The position numbers and the translations under genes are program-made. Positions 17,501 to 25,151 of a stretch of DNA of 64,000 nucleotides are shown here, piece by piece. The first letter of the stretch is position 1. Every line of letters starts with the position of its first letter. The stretch covers positions 242,892 through 306,891 of the forward strand of contig JAXLYJ010000005.1 in the NCBI GenBank assembly GCA_046351515.1, given 5' to 3'. Origin of the DNA: Polyangiales bacterium (GTDB taxonomy: Bacteria; Myxococcota_A; Polyangia; Polyangiales; Ga0077539). The notes below the pieces were generated by a model, which ran no database searches, was not told where the DNA came from, and saw nothing but the letters and a program-made list of their open reading frames with translations.

Positions 17501-19941
17501 TGCCGCTCCCAGCGAAACATCCACGCGTTGGCGAGCAACGAAAGGTCGTCGCGCTGCGCGAAGTGCGTGGCGGCGAGCTCGTCGAGCTGCTGAATCTCGT
17601 CGGCGTTGCTCGGCCAAAACAACCGCAGTACGCGCGCGACGGCGCTCGGCGGATCGTCCGCGCGCAGCAGTGCGGCGCACACGGTCGGGTTGGGCGACGG
17701 GGCTTCGCGGATCTCGAGCGCGGCGGCGACGCCTCGCACCGGCCAACGCAAAAACGGATCGAGCGACGAGTGGAGCGTCTCGTCATCGAGGTACGAGAGG
17801 TCGTCGAGCGCGGCGTCGTCCGGCTTCTGCACGGCGGGACCCGGCGTGGTGCGCGCCTCGACCGCCGTGGTGGGTGGTTCGACGGCCCCGCGCGCATCGT
17901 GGTCGTCGGCGATGTCTGCGGCCGCTGCGCGCGCCAGGGCGAGCGCCGTCCGAATCGACGGGTCTTGTGCGAGGGCATCGAGCGTCGCGAGCGCCTTTCG
18001 CAAGGGCGTTGCGCGGGCGGTGATCACCCTCGCGAGCGCGTCTGCGGGCTGCGCGTCCATCGCTTGCGTGAGCCACGAGACCGCCTGCCGCGGAGGTCGC
18101 TCGTGATCGAGGCACAGCGCGAAGAGCGCGTCGATCGCGGCCGCACCCAATCGCCGCGCGAGCACGATGGCTCCGTCCGTCGACGGGCGCGGCTCTCGGT
18201 CGGTTGAGCCGTTGGCGATCAGCGCTTCGAGCGCGATCTCAGCGCCGACCAGGTCCGCGAGGCGGCTCGACGTCAGGCCGCCGATCGCGAGGACCTTCGT
18301 CGCGAGAACGCGCAGCGACGAGCGGTCGGAGATCTTCGCGACGAGCCTGGCCTGCGCTTCGAACGACGAGGCGGGGTCGCAGAACAAGAGCGCGCCCTGC
18401 TCGGGATGGCGCTCGATGGCGTGGGCGAGTCGATCTTCGCCGACGAGCGCGACGATGCGCTCGTTGGGAGTCACTCCGTCGATGAGCCCGGAGGCCGCGA
18501 GGGTGACGAGCGCGGTGCCGTCGAGCGGGTCGATGCGCCAGCGATTCACGCGGTGGTGCGCGTCGAAGTCGCGAGCGGCGAGCGAGTCGCAGATCATCGC
18601 GCCGTTGGACATCACCGCCGCTTTCAGGGCGCACGAGAGCAAGTGCGTCGAGAGCTCGACGTCCTTGATGGCCGTGGGCGCGAACATGCACACCGCGGCA
18701 AACCCGCCTTCGGACCAATATCCGACGCGCTTGAAGACCGCCCACGCGGCGACCGCGAGCCGCTGTTTGAGGGTCTCGTCATAGGTGCTGGTGAGCAGCT
18801 TCCACCACAAGGTCGACGGGACGTCGTGGAGGTCGATCGGTTCGTTGGACCACTCGAGCTCGAGCAGGCCGTCCGCGATGTCCGCGGAGTGCTCGTCGAC
18901 GGCCGAGAGGGGCGTAGGCGCGGGGCGCGACGGTTGATTCGAGAGCCAATTGGCAAGCCGATCCGAGCCGATGCGCGAGACGTACTCGACCGCCGTGGCT
19001 CGATCGATCCACCGCCTTCGCGCCGCGTCGATCACGAACGGAACTCCGTGCGCCGGCGGATTCGACGCGCCCTTCACCCACGCAGCGAACCGGGCCGCGA
19101 TCGTCGCCCTCCACTCGTCGTGCGCGAGCAGCGGGAGCTCGCACAGCTCAGCGCCGACCGGCGGCGGGCGGCTCGCGGCGAGCGCGCGAACGTCGTCGCG
19201 ACGGTGCACGACGGCGACGAGCCAACGAGACGGCTCGGCGACGCAGAGCAATCGAAGGACGCGCACCGCGGTCTCGCGCACGCCGGGGTCTTCGTCGTCG
19301 AGCGCGAACTCGATCGCGGCGCGAGCGTGCAGCCCCCTGGCGCCGATCAGCGCCTCGAGCGCGGCGGCGCGCACCGAGGGCGATCGCGACGAGCGTACGG
19401 TGTGCGCCACGACGCCGAGCCACGCGAGGCGGCGGCGAAGCGAGCGCGAGGCGAGCTCGTGCAGCGCCGAGACGAGCTCGTCGTCGGGCACGATGTTCGA
19501 GTCGGACTGCAGCGCGCGAAACAGCGCGACGTCGTTGAAGCGGGCGTTGCGTTGGTGCACGGCGGCGTTGCTCGGAGTTGTACCCTTGGAAGCCGCGCAC
19601 CGTCTCAGGCGTATCGCGCGTGGCCGAGCGCGCCCGGAGAAAAGGCAACGCGCGACGCTGAGCGCTTCTGCGCGCTCTGGCGCCGCGGTTGTTCGCGGGT
19701 GGGCTGCGGGGGGCGAAGTGAAGCGGGCGGCGGGGCCCGCGGGTTCAGATGGGAGCGCGAGGCGAAGGTCTATCGAGAGCTCGGTCGAAGAGAAGACGTG
19801 TCGTCCAAAGACGCCCTGAAGGTGGTTGGTCGTGGGCGTCGGATCCCGCGCGCGACTGCTCCCACCAGAGAAGTCGCCGAACTCGCGCGGTCGTCGGGTT
19901 CGCGCGATCGATTCGCTGTTCGCTCGTCGATCGCAACCCAT
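14524..19941 (-). CDS. Very large multidomain protein: N-terminal HEAT/PBS-lyase-type repeats, central helical region, HExxH putative metallopeptidase-like domain, C-terminal von Willebrand A domain. True start probably near 19560
   Basis: Motifs include HEAT-like DEDPGVRETAVRVLRLL, a zinc-binding-like LILHEFGHH, and a vWA domain with MIDAS DCSGSM…ISDG at the C-terminus. The first ~125 codons of the ORF look non-coding. The alternative frames over the same DNA are Arg/Ala-rich artefacts. Confidence 0.55.
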   Translation of the reverse strand: MGCDRRANSESIARTRRPREFGDFSGGSSRARDPTPTTNHLQGVFGRHVFSSTELSIDLRLALPSEPAGPAARFTSPPAAHPRTTAAPERAEALSVARCLFSGRARPRAIRLRRCAASKGTTPSNAAVHQRNARFNDVALFRALQSDSNIVPDDELVSALHELASRSLRRRLAWLGVVAHTVRSSRSPSVRAAALEALIGARGLHARAAIEFALDDEDPGVRETAVRVLRLLCVAEPSRWLVAVVHRRDDVRALAASRPPPVGAELCELPLLAHDEWRATIAARFAAWVKGASNPPAHGVPFVIDAARRRWIDRATAVEYVSRIGSDRLANWLSNQPSRPAPTPLSAVDEHSADIADGLLELEWSNEPIDLHDVPSTLWWKLLTSTYDETLKQRLAVAAWAVFKRVGYWSEGGFAAVCMFAPTAIKDVELSTHLLSCALKAAVMSNGAMICDSLAARDFDAHHRVNRWRIDPLDGTALVTLAASGLIDGVTPNERIVALVGEDRLAHAIERHPEQGALLFCDPASSFEAQARLVAKISDRSSLRVLATKVLAIGGLTSSRLADLVGAEIALEALIANGSTDREPRPSTDGAIVLARRLGAAAIDALFALCLDHERPPRQAVSWLTQAMDAQPADALARVITARATPLRKALATLDALAQDPSIRTALALARAAAADIADDHDARGAVEPPTTAVEARTTPGPAVQKPDDAALDDLSYLDDETLHSSLDPFLRWPVRGVAAALEIREAPSPNPTVCAALLRADDPPSAVARVLRLFWPSNADEIQQLDELAATHFAQRDDLSLLANAWMFRWERHAFAFVDAARRNGSIAQMLSTLDAWPEELAARAWAAATREVEISTTRPNDRAFDPSEWKPVVDLAVDEMTGDDLPLVRDAAARLLVALSRSDKSRSLVDAVKPAAIAVRAQLPPARAASLGPWLDARVVKRVELSAEAKATRESVKALRVQATAEDAARLLDAGTVEQRSLLVHALAMEPPSPARATIIRLCASWTGALREALDEALGRLSVDVAVLIELARAGAGELDAVDRALERARTDASTPQQTTLASLLGALRGRELEASLALLGATCEATAQWTLDYVVSHADFAGTSLARESAWATLTRTVEDSLLRIAASAESLRRRVARWLWARGIDTGFVVLAQQAITDNAADWLDTASIDHVLALVDAAIAAGPSVVDETVVIGLLRTPSLHPAIAAHAWSELLQGAAHNETRQAAINELNRTRLYRTARALKLRAIARTFAWGAQIGIGLTGRVMSLQLARDQALGYTRLDEDRIFVSALPMLRGEKFGRAVVEGLILHEFGHHRYHRGVEQREAWDEGAREGIGPLLNLVADEHLERNLRALDAEYGDRLKKLTAYAFQHMDRPIAITTLFEVLRGSMLEVLSSATVRFALDAESVVVEHGRLLQALEKSGSSFARWVRALRMGLGDRHNDEKVSRALELFSGASFRKSTMRELLEIARKVRAIFGDECRLLGVCATHEDVGQGEPGDADRAAEGISDEEIRREVDRIVNPRKSEDDGMSAGRPGGKRWINVTDGTDFDLIHEVVRVRYEASKHHALANRVRRSAATLRRYLERLGLHLKPERLRLRGRRVDAPRTRALVTRGDPRVLIAREIQVQTDLFIGVVIDCSGSMSSGENMPRARLFGALIAEAARGMPSVDVRIFGFTDRVIYDAGDARCPAVHALDAGGGNNDSGALWHAANAARASRRRAKLLVMISDGLPTECSAASLKHLAQELTRRHKMCCAQIAVQPLPEVLFPHYVECDGPDTDLVVRKFGRIVEGLVKRAMGVP

Positions 19942-20396
19942 GAACTCCGGATCGACTCTCGATCGGGGCGCGCTCGCGAAGAAGCGCGGCGACCTCGAGT
20001 GCGGTGCCAGGAGCGTTGGTTCGTGCTCGTGCGGACCTTTGCTCGCTCAATCCCTCTGCGTCCCGTCGAGAAAGAGATCTCTCGGGGACCGTTCGTGCTG
20101 AGATGCTCCGTCGAAGCTGCGCTCAATCCAAACGCAGCTCAGGAGCCTCGCTCTGACTCATCGCGGGCGGCGCGCGGATGCTCTCCGCTGGCGCGCGAAC
20201 CACTGGCTCGCGCGCTCGCCGCCCACGCTGAGCGTGAAGGCGGATCATCGTTGTTGGTCCTTCGTTGGGAGGGGGTAAAAGATCGGTGCTCGTGCGAAAC
20301 GTGCGCGTTGCGCACACCGCGGCGAGCGGCGACGGACCTGACACTAGCCACCCTCGTCCTTCGCGCAAGGGCGCGAGGTATCGTCGCTGTCACGCA

Positions 20397-21311
20397 ATGT
20401 CCAACGATTCGCCCGAGCCTTCGCGCCCGCCGCGCACGGCGCTGATCCGCCCCGAGAACGTCCGGCGCCTCGGCGTGAAGAAGCAGCTCTTCACGGACCT
20501 GTATCACCACTTGCTGACCATCTCGTGGCCGCGCTTTCTCGTGGTGGTGCTGGCCTCGTACCTCGCGGTCAACGTCTTGTTTGCGGCGCTGTACCTGCTC
20601 GATCGCGACGCGCTCGAGGGCGGCTCGGGCAACCGCGCGCTCGACGCGTTCTTCTTCTCGGTGCAGACGATGGCGACGATCGGCTATGGAAAAATGACGC
20701 CGAAGTCATCGTTCGCCAACGCGCTCGTGACGCTCGAAGCCCTCACCGGGATGCTCTCGATGGCGATGGCGACCGGGCTTCTGTTCGCGAAGTTCTCGCG
20801 GCCCTCGGCGCGCGTGCTCTTCTCGGACACGTGCGTTGTGCAGAAGCGCGACGGCGTCAGCACGCTCGTGTTTCGCATGGTCAACGAGCGAACGACGCAG
20901 ATCGTCGAGGCGCAGGTGAGGGTGGTCTTGCTCACCGACGAGGTGACGCGCGAGGGAGACACGATCCGTCGGCTTCGCGATCTGCAGCTCACGCGATCGA
21001 CGACGCCGGCGTTTTCGCTGAGCTGGATGGTCTTGCACCCGATCACCGAGGACAGCCCGCTCTACAACCTCGACGCGGCGAAGCTCGCCGAGAAGAACGC
21101 GTCGATCTTGGTCTCGTTTATGGGGCTCGACGACTCGTTCAACGCGACGGTGCACGTGAGAAAGTTCTACACGTACGAAGAGCTGAAATTTGGCCGACGG
21201 TTCGTGGATATCCTCACGGACGGACAGGACGCGCGCGTGCTCGACGTGAGCCGAGTGCACCTCACCGAGCCCGAGTCCGAGTCCGTCGATCGCGCGTCGC
21301 CGTATCACTGA
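20397..21311 (+). CDS. Inward-rectifier-type K+ channel (KirBac family)
   Basis: Slide helix, TM1, pore helix with selectivity filter TIGYG, TM2 and a Kir-type cytoplasmic beta-rich C-terminal domain. ATG at 20397. Confidence 0.8.
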   Translation: MSNDSPEPSRPPRTALIRPENVRRLGVKKQLFTDLYHHLLTISWPRFLVVVLASYLAVNVLFAALYLLDRDALEGGSGNRALDAFFFSVQTMATIGYGKMTPKSSFANALVTLEALTGMLSMAMATGLLFAKFSRPSARVLFSDTCVVQKRDGVSTLVFRMVNERTTQIVEAQVRVVLLTDEVTREGDTIRRLRDLQLTRSTTPAFSLSWMVLHPITEDSPLYNLDAAKLAEKNASILVSFMGLDDSFNATVHVRKFYTYEELKFGRRFVDILTDGQDARVLDVSRVHLTEPESESVDRASPYH

Positions 21312-21478
21312 CGCTCTGACATCGGTGGGGCAAGCACTCCTCGAACTTCGACGCGATCCACGCCAGCCGCCACGGTGGTTGGCGCGCCGCGGTCTCGTCG
21401 GTCCGCGGTCGTGCTCTGCACGAAGCTCGAACAACCTGCGGCGCTCGCGGCCTCTTCGACGCCCGTCGACGCAGCGGC

Positions 21479-22969
21479 TCAGAGGACGATGAAGCGCGCG
21501 CACAACGCGCGGAGCTGCTCGGTGAGCTCGGCCCGATCGCGATCGCTCGCGGCCCATGGCTCTCGAACGGCGTCGCACCGCTCGATCAACGCAACGTACC
21601 CCTCGACGAGCGCACGCTCGCACCCCCGCTCGCTCATCCAGCGGCGCGACCACACCGGAACGGCCTCGACCACCAACGCCCCGACCCCCTCTCGCGCGAG
21701 CAGCTCGAGCGCGGTGCGGCGCACGTTCAGCGACGCAAGCCGCTGTTGCACCGCGGCGCTCTTCGCCGCGCGGTGCGCCTCCAGCGCGCGCAGCTCGATC
21801 TGGCACTCGCCGAGCGCGCCGTCGACGTCGAGCGCCTCGATCGCCTCGAGCACCGCCTGGTAGCCCGCAGCGATGATCACCGACGGATCGCCGCGCCCCT
21901 CGTCGTACTCGCGCAGCTCGACCGAGTCGGGCTCGACCGTGTCCGCGCCACGAGGAGCGCGCGCCGCGCGACGAAGGCACCGCGCGCCGCGAAGCACTGC
22001 GCTCAGCCGCTCGCTCGACAGGTCGAGGGCGAGCGCGACGAGCGACCCAGCCGGGCCCTCGCTGAGCGCCGCGGGATGAAAGATCGCCACCGGAAGCTCG
22101 ATGTGCCCGATGCGCGCGATCGAGCGCGCCGCGCGCGAGACCTCCACTCCGCACTCGTCGCACACCGCGCCGGCGTTCGAGCGCCCGGAGAGCGCGCCGC
22201 ACAGGCACACAAAATCAACATCGCTCCCGAAGATCTGCGCTGATCCGAGCCCCTCTCGCGCTGACGGATCGCGCTCGATCGTGCGCACCCTGCCTGTCGA
22301 CCGCGCGCGCCACGCCTCGCTCGACCGCAAGCTCGGCGGCGCGTCTGCGTCCCACCGCGCTGAAAAGAAATCGAGCGCGGGCGCGAGCGCGGCGAGCTGA
22401 CGCGCGATGTCCTCGTCGTCGGCGCGCGTCCACTCGTCCTCGAGCGAGCGAGCTTCGTCGAGGGCGTCGCGCCGTCGAGCGCGTTCGGCGAGGGAATCTG
22501 CGCTGCGTTTGACGATCCACGAGCGGCTCTCGCACGGCTCCATCGACCGCGCCAAGGCGAGCGCGCGCGTCCACGCCTCGCCGGCCTCGTGCTCGTCGCC
22601 GAGCAGCTCGTGCGCGCGGGCGAGGTCCGCCGCTGCCTCTGCGCGAGCCTCGACGGTGCCGCCTCCTTCGTCCTGCCACCGGGACGCTGCGTGCAAGTGC
22701 GCGATCGCGCTGCGCGCGCGGCCCGAGGCGAGCTCGTTTCGCGCGAGGTGCCTCGCGATCGTCGCGGCGTGCTCCCCCGACTCGCCGCCGAGCGTCCGCG
22801 GATCGACGCCCAACGACGCGAGCAACTCGAGCGCCCTCGATCCGCGCTCGACGGGGTCCACGGTCGCGTCGAGCAGCGCAGGGCGCGCGATTTCGTCGGC
22901 CCGCTGCGCGAGCAGGGCGCGCTGCGCCTCGGGCTCTTCGAGCGCTCGTTGTTCGAGCTCGTCGTCCAT
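21479..22969 (-). CDS. Helical/TPR-like protein with embedded RNA-polymerase beta' N-terminal zinc-ribbon-like motif; function unknown
   Basis: IFGSDVDFVCLCGALSGRSNAGAVCDECGVEVSRAARSIARIGHIELPVAIFHP aligns with RpoC [55 protein letters not shown] (all 4 Zn-Cys plus GHIEL). ATG at 22967-22969 overlaps the lipB stop. Confidence 0.55.
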   Translation of the reverse strand: MDDELEQRALEEPEAQRALLAQRADEIARPALLDATVDPVERGSRALELLASLGVDPRTLGGESGEHAATIARHLARNELASGRARSAIAHLHAASRWQDEGGGTVEARAEAAADLARAHELLGDEHEAGEAWTRALALARSMEPCESRSWIVKRSADSLAERARRRDALDEARSLEDEWTRADDEDIARQLAALAPALDFFSARWDADAPPSLRSSEAWRARSTGRVRTIERDPSAREGLGSAQIFGSDVDFVCLCGALSGRSNAGAVCDECGVEVSRAARSIARIGHIELPVAIFHPAALSEGPAGSLVALALDLSSERLSAVLRGARCLRRAARAPRGADTVEPDSVELREYDEGRGDPSVIIAAGYQAVLEAIEALDVDGALGECQIELRALEAHRAAKSAAVQQRLASLNVRRTALELLAREGVGALVVEAVPVWSRRWMSERGCERALVEGYVALIERCDAVREPWAASDRDRAELTEQLRALCARFIVL

Positions 22970-22974
22970 CACGG

Positions 22975-23694
22975 CTATGGCCCGTCCACGCAGCGCGCGG
23001 CGAACACGTCTTCGAAGTGCGAGACCGCGCGTCGCGCGAACCACTGCATGCCCGGCAGGTCTTCGACGCCCAGCGACTCGAGCGAGCACACCGGGTGCTC
23101 TTTGATTCCGCACGGGACGATCATGGCGAAGTCGTCGAGCCGCGTGCGAACGTTGAGCGCGAAGCCGTGCTGCGTGACCCACTTGGAGATCTTCACGCCG
23201 ATCGCGCCGATCTTCGCCGGCCGCTTCGCGAGCTCGTCGCCCGGCCACCGCTCGCGCGGCGCGTCGAGGTCGACCCAGGCGCCGATGAGCGAGCGGTGAG
23301 GCCCCGCTCCGATCGAGAAATCCCAGCACAAACGCGACATCACCTCGACCAGGTCGCGCACATACTTGCGCACGTCGCAGCGGTCGGGGCGCAGGTCGAA
23401 GATCGGATACGCCACGAGCTGGCCGGGGCCGTGGTAGGTGACGTCTCCGCCGCGCGTGGTGCTCACGAGCGCGACGCCGCGCTGCGCGCGCTCATCGTCG
23501 CTGATGATCACGTTGGATCCGTCGGCGCTTCGCCCCAGGGTCAAGACCGGGTCGTGCTCGAGCAAGAGCAGCGTGTCGACGCCTTCGCCGCGCTTGCGTC
23601 GCTCGCACAGCTCGATCTGCATCTCGAGGGCGCGTTCGTAGCCGATGCGTCCAAGCCAACGGGCGGCGAATTTGCGTGCAGGCGCGTCGCTCAT
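22975..23694 (-). CDS. lipB: Octanoyltransferase (lipoyl(octanoyl) transferase)
   Basis: LGRIGYERALEMQ…LLLLEHDPVLTLGR…GGDVTYHGPGQLVAYPIFDL…KIGAIGVKISKWVTQHGFALNV is canonical LipB. ATG at 23692-23694 (complement). Confidence 0.85.
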   Translation of the reverse strand: MSDAPARKFAARWLGRIGYERALEMQIELCERRKRGEGVDTLLLLEHDPVLTLGRSADGSNVIISDDERAQRGVALVSTTRGGDVTYHGPGQLVAYPIFDLRPDRCDVRKYVRDLVEVMSRLCWDFSIGAGPHRSLIGAWVDLDAPRERWPGDELAKRPAKIGAIGVKISKWVTQHGFALNVRTRLDDFAMIVPCGIKEHPVCSLESLGVEDLPGMQWFARRAVSHFEDVFAARCVDGP

Positions 23695-23734
23695 GCGCGC
23701 GGACCATGGCGCACTTCGCGAGCCTCGAAAAGGG

Positions 23735-24319
23735 CTACCGCGCGCGCTCGAAGATCCACTGCTCGCCGAGGACGTCGTGCTCGTCGACGGCGACCTTTCG
23801 CATCCCGACCTTCTCGAGCACGCGCACCGAGGCGCGGTGCCACGGAAAGGTCCGCGCTTGCACCGTGTGAATCGGCGCTTGATCGAGCGCCCACTGCACG
23901 GCGGCGTGCGTCGCCTCCGTCGCATAGCCCATGCGCTGCACGTCCTCGTCGACGCCGTAGCCGACCTCGGCGATCCCGTCCTCGGGAAACCCGTGAAACA
24001 CCACGCTCCCGACGACGCGACGACGATCGCCCTTCACGATCATCAAGCGATCGCCCCACAGTCGCTTCTCGGGCGCGGCGCGAATGCGGTCGAGCGAGGC
24101 GCTGAACGCTCGCTCGACCAGCGCGCGGCCGGGCCACTTTTGCGGCATGTCGGCGTCGATCAAGCGCCGCGCGTCCTCGCGACGATCGAGCATCACGGCC
24201 TCGACGATCGCGAGCGTGATGGGAACGAGCTCGAGTCGCTCGGTCTCGATCAAGGTCGTCGCTGTCACGAGCTCGCGTTGATCGGCGCGCTGCTCGACCG
24301 CTCCGCTCCGCTTCTCCAT
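23735..24319 (-). CDS. GNAT family N-acetyltransferase (RimJ/RimL-like)
   Basis: TERLELVPITLA… and acetyl-CoA motif RRVVGSVVFHG…GYGVDEDVQRMGYATEA. Confidence 0.7.
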   Translation of the reverse strand: MEKRSGAVEQRADQRELVTATTLIETERLELVPITLAIVEAVMLDRREDARRLIDADMPQKWPGRALVERAFSASLDRIRAAPEKRLWGDRLMIVKGDRRRVVGSVVFHGFPEDGIAEVGYGVDEDVQRMGYATEATHAAVQWALDQAPIHTVQARTFPWHRASVRVLEKVGMRKVAVDEHDVLGEQWIFERAR

Positions 24320-24362
24320 GCACTGTGTTCTGAACCTCTTTTCTGCGAGAATCCACCGTGCG

Positions 24363-25070
24363 ATGCGTCACGAAATACTCGACACAGCGCGGCAGGTCCT
24401 CGCGCGCATCACCGCGCTCGCCGTCAGCGTCGCCCTGGTCGCAGCGCCCTCGATGACGCACGCGGACGGACCCGTTCGGTATCCGGGTCGATGGCAACTC
24501 ACGCAGTACTGGATCGCTCGCGAGCGCGCAGGAGAGCGCGACCGTCGCGCTTCACCGCTGTTTTCTCGGGGCGGACACGCGATCACCTACGCGTGCCCGA
24601 CCTTCGTCTCGGACCTCACGATGGAGGGCACCGGGCTCACTTGGGATGATCGACTGCTCAACTGGGACGGTCGCGAACAAGAGCGCGCGTGCTTCGTCGA
24701 GGTGGACCGAGGGAGCTACCCGTACGGCATCGGCGTGCAGGGATATTCGCTCGTCCCGTATCGGTCGCTGGCGGTGGATCGCCGGTTCATTCCGATCGGG
24801 CACACCGTCGAGATGAGCGAGCTCGCAGGGCTGCGACTCCCTGACGGAACCGTGCACGACGGCTGCTTCGTCGCGGTCGATGGCGGTGGAGCGATCGTGG
24901 GGCACCACATCGACCTGTTCGTTCCCAGTCAAGCGGATTGGCAGCGGCTGTCGTCGTCGCGGCAGCTGCCCGCGGCGGTTCGCTCGGTCGTCGTGGACTC
25001 GCCGCGATGTCGTTCTGCCCAGCGATTTGCGTGGATTCCGCTCGCAACAGACCCAGCGCTCGCCCGTTAG
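24363..25070 (+). CDS. Secreted 3D-domain protein (MltA/YuiC-like cell-wall-binding)
   Basis: Signal peptide. C-terminal Asp-rich motifs (VAVDRRFIPIGH…, DGGGAIVGHHIDLF) match the 3D domain. Confidence 0.6.
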   Translation: MRHEILDTARQVLARITALAVSVALVAAPSMTHADGPVRYPGRWQLTQYWIARERAGERDRRASPLFSRGGHAITYACPTFVSDLTMEGTGLTWDDRLLNWDGREQERACFVEVDRGSYPYGIGVQGYSLVPYRSLAVDRRFIPIGHTVEMSELAGLRLPDGTVHDGCFVAVDGGGAIVGHHIDLFVPSQADWQRLSSSRQLPAAVRSVVVDSPRCRSAQRFAWIPLATDPALAR

Positions 25071-25151
25071 CTCGGGCCAATCGCGCGCCGAGTGCTTCGA
25101 GCCGGCGGTTCGTCCTCCCGCTTCGACGGCGGGGACGGTAGAGTCTCTTTC

